Of a stretch of 32,270 nt of DNA, positions 27,806-32,270 are shown piece by piece. The DNA is from an uncultured Methanospirillum sp. (GTDB lineage: Archaea > Halobacteriota > Methanomicrobia > Methanomicrobiales > Methanospirillaceae), in NCBI GenBank assembly GCA_964637135.1, contig CAZWTX010000030.1, positions 1 to 32,270 on the forward strand, given 5' to 3'. The translations under genes and the position numbers were made by a program. Below the pieces are notes generated by a model. That model searched no databases. It was not told the origin of the DNA and was given only the letters and a program-made list of their open reading frames with translations. How positions within the stretch are numbered: the stretch's first letter is position 1; each line of letters starts with the position of its first letter.

Positions 27806-28870
27806 ATGAACTGGCGGGGACTTGCAGTATTATTCATTCTTATCGGGCTTCTTCTTCCGAACGGCGTTATTTCTGACCGGATGCCGGGAGAGGTGCCTGA
27901 AAACCAGGTCTTCTTTATCGATACGCTGCTTGATGTGACCGGACCGGTGGACGAGTCCGGGAATCTGAACTGGATCGTCGGTGATTCAGCAAGACCACCC
28001 TATTACCAGTTTGTGTTCATCATCCCGTCTGTGGTTGTTATTGATCAGATCTACCAGGGGATGCTGGCTGACGGAGTGGTCGTGGATGCGGTCTGGAATC
28101 CAAATCCCGGCGGATGGCTCCTCTATTCGCTCGAGATTCCGGCCGATAAATGGACGGCAGCGATGCCGAATACCGGAACGACATACGAGGGATTTTTCAG
28201 CCCATCTGTGACAAGCGGGGCCGCAACCAATACCTTCTACGGGAACGGGATCCCTCACGGGAAACTCGGACCGGGACAGATGGTCGGGGTTGCCACCTGG
28301 TCTGATACCCTCATGACGGATGGCGGTCACCTCTCGGAGACGAAGAACTTCGGGTTTGATTCACAGAACAAGACCAGCGGGCTCTTCAACCTGGAGACGG
28401 AGAAGGTCATCACCTATGACGGCAGTGAGGGGTCGCATCTGACCGGAGAGGAGCAATATCTCCTCGACATCGCCGGATCCTACGCAGCCTCAAACCAGTC
28501 GATCCGGTGTGTCTTTGCCTCGGCAGGGAATGCATACCTTCCGGCTTTCTGCAATGTGGTGAAGGCAACATCATCGTTGATCAATGTCAATTCGGTACAG
28601 GTCTCAACGAAAGGGTCACTCCGGATGATCGGAAAGACCGAGACTCCGGCAGCCCTGAACTACCGGATTGCGGTCACTCCGGATACGTCGTCAGGATCCG
28701 GGGTTGCAGAAGGGACCGTGGCTACAGCATTTGCCGGACACATCCGTGAGGCACGGGACCGGAACCTGAACGTATCTGCCGATACCCGGTGGGATGATTC
28801 GACGGAGGTCACCGGCGGGATACAAACCTTCCAGAAGACCTTTGCATACCAGTCCGGATTTAAAATATAA
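27806..28870 (+). CDS. Methanospirillum sheath-protein-like secreted protein
   Basis: Signal peptide; VPENQ..IDT, CVFAS...PAFCNVV Cys pair, terminal F.YQSG motif that I associate with the M. hungatei sheath protein family (recall, unverified). Confidence 0.55.
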   Translation: MNWRGLAVLFILIGLLLPNGVISDRMPGEVPENQVFFIDTLLDVTGPVDESGNLNWIVGDSARPPYYQFVFIIPSVVVIDQIYQGMLADGVVVDAVWNPNPGGWLLYSLEIPADKWTAAMPNTGTTYEGFFSPSVTSGAATNTFYGNGIPHGKLGPGQMVGVATWSDTLMTDGGHLSETKNFGFDSQNKTSGLFNLETEKVITYDGSEGSHLTGEEQYLLDIAGSYAASNQSIRCVFASAGNAYLPAFCNVVKATSSLINVNSVQVSTKGSLRMIGKTETPAALNYRIAVTPDTSSGSGVAEGTVATAFAGHIREARDRNLNVSADTRWDDSTEVTGGIQTFQKTFAYQSGFKI

Positions 28871-28904
28871 TTTTTAGGGGGATCATCCCCCGATTTTGTA
28901 ATAG

Positions 28905-29129
28905 TCAGAGGAGATCAAGAAATTCCTCAATGTTGAGATCAGCCTGATGGATAATTGCCTTTAACGTTCCCCGTGCGATCTCAGGATGATTCGGGATGGT
29001 AATTGGCCTTAGAAACTCATGACGAAGATGTATGTGGCTGCCTTTCTGATCGTTGACAGTATATCCAATTTTTCCCAGGGCTTTTAGCACCTCAGCTCCG
29101 GATAATATCGGTAATCTACCCGGATTCAT
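28905..29129 (-). CDS. hicA: HicA family toxin (mRNA interferase)
   Basis: LSGAEVLKAL.KIGY...KGSHIHLRH...ITIPNH.EIARGTLKAII. Confidence 0.9.
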   Translation of the reverse strand: MNPGRLPILSGAEVLKALGKIGYTVNDQKGSHIHLRHEFLRPITIPNHPEIARGTLKAIIHQADLNIEEFLDLL

Positions 29130-29344
29130 ATCTGAACAGATACCGATGTTTCAATGATATGATGGGTAGGAGTAAGAGGGATGCCGTCCCTGGCCATTGC
29201 CTTCAGATGGAGTTCTATCGCTTCCGCAATATTCCGTTTCGCATCTTCCTCAGTCTTACCTTGTGAAATACAACCCGGGAGAGCAGGTACGGTTGCTATA
29301 TACCATCCATCCTCGTCTTTCTCAAGAAATATCCTGAAATCCAT
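29126..29344 (-). CDS. hicB: Short HicB family antitoxin (no DNA-binding domain)
   Basis: EDGWYIATVPALPGCISQGKTEEDAKRNIAEAIELHL; ATGA overlap with hicA. Confidence 0.9.
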   Translation of the reverse strand: MDFRIFLEKDEDGWYIATVPALPGCISQGKTEEDAKRNIAEAIELHLKAMARDGIPLTPTHHIIETSVSVQI

Positions 29345-29535
29345 ATGTCAATGGATTATATCTCGATCCCGGAAGGGATAAATGCTCTTCCTGGATCACC
29401 TGGGAGCATATGCGATACGATAAGAATAATCTCACCTCACCGACTATACCTATAATATTGAAAGAATGAACCGATTGAGTTGAATAGTCTCTTGTTTCAC
29501 GGCATTCACCGGATCCGAAATCAGACTACCCACCC

Positions 29536-29853
29536 ATGACCCAGATGACACTAAAACAGATTCCATCTCTTGATACCATCATCACCCTGCTCCGAAAGCA
29601 CCCCCTCCCTGGTTATCATATCAGATCTCTTGCCATTTTCGGGAGTTATGCCTCGGGAAATGCTACGGAAGAGAGCGATATTGACATCCTTGTGGATTTT
29701 GATAAACCGATCGGTCTTGAGATCGTTGATCTGAAAGATGAACTTGAGACGATTCTGGGTATCTCGGTTGATCTCGTGCCGAAAAACGGACTGATGCGAA
29801 ATAAACGACTATATAATCTCATTCAGGACCACCTCATCTATGTCACCTTGTGA
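29536..29853 (+). CDS. Minimal nucleotidyltransferase (MNT) antitoxin
   Basis: IFGSYASG...ESDIDILVDF...VDLV. Confidence 0.9.
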   Translation: MTQMTLKQIPSLDTIITLLRKHPLPGYHIRSLAIFGSYASGNATEESDIDILVDFDKPIGLEIVDLKDELETILGISVDLVPKNGLMRNKRLYNLIQDHLIYVTL

Positions 29854-30185
29854 ACAAAACCTGTTTCTTGACGAGATTCTGGAAGCGATCGAACTGATTC
29901 AGGAGTACCTGAAAGGAGTTCCAAAAGACTCCTTCATGTCAGACCAGAAGACAATCGACGCGGTTGTGAGACGACTGGAGATCATCGGTGAAGCAGCCGG
30001 GCAGGTAGATCCTCAGATCAGGGATGCATATCCAGACATTCCGTGGCGTCAGATTATCGGTATGAGAAATATCGTGATACATCGATACTTTGATACCGAT
30101 CCTGACAGTATCCGGGGAGTTTCAGGAACAACGTGACGGGATAGCAGAAATGATCCGTCAGGTGCTGAGCAAAGACATTGTCTGA
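29840..30185 (+). pseudogene. HEPN/DUF86 toxin with C-terminal frameshift
   Basis: DAVVRRLEIIGEAA, PWRQIIGMRNIVIHRY (Rx4H). The ORF stops at 30136, but the expected last helix QEQRDGIAEMIRQVLSKDIV* is in another frame ending at 30185. Confidence 0.75.
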
Positions 30186-30289
30186 CACCATTTCAGGTTT
30201 TAGAAAAATCGTGATCATATCCATCTGAGCATTCCCCGGGTATCATACCGGTGGAATTCTCATCATGAAGATAAAACCTATTCATACCC

Positions 30290-30994
30290 ATGGCAGAGAA
30301 GAGCGTCGGGCATTCAGACGAACGATACGGGGGAGATAATATGGTTCCTGCCCGATTATCTGATCTCCGCATCACGCCGCTCATCGAACCGGATGTTGAG
30401 GCTGCCGCCCGGCTGTACACCCGCGTTTTTCTCAGCGATGAACCGACATCCCGATGTCATCAGCTCAATCCGGACCTCTTTCTCACCTATGCCCGGTTTT
30501 ATGTCAGGATCCTCGTACGGAAAAGACTCAGTCTCCTGGCCTGGGATGGATTGTCACGTGATCCTGCCGGGTTTGTCTTCTGTTTCGATCTCCGGGATGA
30601 TCCCGGAGATGAGGGTCCGATGATGGAGGCATTTCTGAATCATTTCAGGTATACGGTTGCCATGATTGATGAACTGGAGAGATGCCATCTTCATCCCGAA
30701 ACCGTCATGCCGGGAGAGGGACTGCATATCTTCCAGATTGGTGTTGACCGCAATAACCGGAGCCGGGGGATAGCGACGGCATTGATCCACCGGGCCCTTG
30801 AGAACGGACGTAATCGGGGGTACCGGTTTGCGGTCGCCGATTGTACTCATGCACGCTCGAAAAAAACCTTTGAGAGATGCGGGTTTTCGGAACGGGGATT
30901 CTCATCATACGAGTCGTTCGCCATGGACGGGGTCTTTTTCTTCTCCGGACTGGATGGCGGAATCTCCCTCATGGTCAGGGATATCTCCGGGTGA
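30290..30994 (+). CDS. GNAT family acetyltransferase
   Basis: IFQIGVDRNNRSRGIATALI acetyl-CoA motif, FERCGF; start may be 30341. Confidence 0.85.
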   Translation: MAEKSVGHSDERYGGDNMVPARLSDLRITPLIEPDVEAAARLYTRVFLSDEPTSRCHQLNPDLFLTYARFYVRILVRKRLSLLAWDGLSRDPAGFVFCFDLRDDPGDEGPMMEAFLNHFRYTVAMIDELERCHLHPETVMPGEGLHIFQIGVDRNNRSRGIATALIHRALENGRNRGYRFAVADCTHARSKKTFERCGFSERGFSSYESFAMDGVFFFSGLDGGISLMVRDISG

Positions 30995-31161
30995 TGTCCC
31001 CGGTCAGATCTGTTCCATCCGGCACCATCAGAATGATCTCTCCCGCCTCCCGATTCCCGGTACAGCAGTGTATTGCCATTCATTCCCCTCCCCCGATCAC
31101 CCCTTTATACCATCCGGTTACATCCATCCCTGCCGTAGGATCTACGGCGGGGGGTTTGTTA

Positions 31162-31665
31162 ATGGGAGATTTTGCAACCAAAAGCGTCACCAAGACGGCT
31201 GAGCGGACACTCGCGACGCCGATTGTTGACATGACGAGTTTTCTGAACCTGGTCCAGACGATCCTGGACACCAATCCGTGGGGGAACACCTCCTTCGAAG
31301 AGGGCGGTGTCACCATTGCCGGAACCCGGCGGGGAAGCGAGTATTACTCGGGGAAGGTGGTGTTCCAGAACGATGAAGCGAAAGTGATCGGCAATGTGAC
31401 CGTCCGGGCACCGACCGCTGCCGCGTTTGGGACCTGTATCGCCAACACGGCCGAAAATGCTGCTCTTGCGACTGCCATGGGAGGCATTGCCTCCCACGAT
31501 TCGAGCGGGGACAGTTTCAGTGTCACCCTCAGGTGCCATGCCGCGAACGGGGAGCAGTACACGGTGACCCTGAAACGGGATAAGATCACCATCGGGAGTT
31601 ATGAGGCAGATGCGATCGTGACCACGATCGAGACCTGGGCGGATGGCATCCCAGCACTTGCCTGA
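31162..31665 (+). CDS. Conserved Methanomicrobiales-type hypothetical protein (167 aa)
   Basis: MGDFATKSVTKTAER.L..PI...NPWG...WADGIPALA, a family I recognise from Methanomicrobiales; TATA ccctttata at ~31100; the upstream part of the 262-aa ORF is probably not coding. Confidence 0.75.
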   Translation: MGDFATKSVTKTAERTLATPIVDMTSFLNLVQTILDTNPWGNTSFEEGGVTIAGTRRGSEYYSGKVVFQNDEAKVIGNVTVRAPTAAAFGTCIANTAENAALATAMGGIASHDSSGDSFSVTLRCHAANGEQYTVTLKRDKITIGSYEADAIVTTIETWADGIPALA

Positions 31666-31698
31666 TTGTCATCCGCTGTGTCATCGGGAGGAGATGGA

Positions 31699-32256
31699 AT
31701 GAACGGATGGTACATCGGAACAGGAATCCTCCTGTTCCTCCTGCTCTGGCAGGCCGGACAGGCAGAGCATATTGAGACGACAATTGCTTCGGAGGGGGCA
31801 TCTTTTCTCTCTTCCTCGTTCACCGGGGAGGATCAGACCTATGCCCGCTCGGTCTTCACAACTGACCAGGCCGATCTCTCGCAGCGTCTGGTCTCTGACG
31901 GGGATCTCGGGAGTGTGCTCCGGGTGACGGGTTCCGGGGTCCTCGGGGTGGATGAGTATGCATTCCGGGACCATACGCCGGATCCCGGGGGGATCTTCTG
32001 CATCCTCGGTTCAGATCATTCCGGTGATGAGCGAGCGGTGATCCGGTCGTCCGGGCTCTTTTCGTCAGGAGCATATGTCTCGGTCAAAGAGCTCTCGAAC
32101 GAGTCCACAGTATCCCGGACCGGGATGAACGGCTCCGGCCAGGTGATCCTGACCTCCCGGACAACCGGGGGGAACGGTTCCGGTCAGACGAAGACGTATG
32201 CAGCCGGTCCGGTGAGCCTGTCCGAGATCGTCCGGTTCGGGGAGGATGATGGGTGA
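31699..32256 (+). CDS. Secreted S/T/G-rich hypothetical protein
   Basis: RBS ggagga, signal peptide ending GQA-EH, beta-rich composition. Confidence 0.7.
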   Translation: MNGWYIGTGILLFLLLWQAGQAEHIETTIASEGASFLSSSFTGEDQTYARSVFTTDQADLSQRLVSDGDLGSVLRVTGSGVLGVDEYAFRDHTPDPGGIFCILGSDHSGDERAVIRSSGLFSSGAYVSVKELSNESTVSRTGMNGSGQVILTSRTTGGNGSGQTKTYAAGPVSLSEIVRFGEDDG

Positions 32257-32270
32257 TCCCGGAGTTCTCA

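Noticed and set aside
30877..31161. N-terminal 95 aa of the 262-aa ORF
   Set aside because: Overlaps the GNAT gene and a TATA box; the true start is more likely ATG 31162

Overview
Accessory region of an archaeal genome, most likely a Methanomicrobiales methanogen resembling Methanospirillum. This is inferred from the protein families, ggagg/ggtga RBS motifs and TATA boxes, not from a marker gene. (1) 1-7050: AT-rich mosaic in which decayed repeat blocks (R1 x3, R2 x2, R3 x2, plus a ~650-bp duplication carrying a Cys-rich lipoprotein) alternate with unrelated cargo genes (membrane protein, GH17 glucanase, Zn-ribbon protein plus HEXXH peptidase), resembling a cassette array. (2) 7263-8424: three-gene operon (unknown, wHTH, DUF3467-like). 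(3) ~9587-13967: GC-rich, translationally coupled plasmid/provirus-like replication module built around a 1011-aa AEP primase-AAA+ helicase-Zn-finger fusion. No integrase or capsid gene is visible. (4) 14047-17510: defence/TA region with much decay: two ~100-bp MITEs, truncated HATPase-STAS(DUF4325)-PIN module, IS66 remnant, solitary PD-(D/E)XK nuclease, truncated PIN with partner gene. (5) 17877-32270: TPR protein, MCP, HEXXH protein, tandem secreted paralogs, sheath-protein-like gene, hicBA, MNT-HEPN (HEPN frameshifted), GNAT and conserved hypotheticals. No rRNA, tRNA, CRISPR array or reverse transcriptase was seen.
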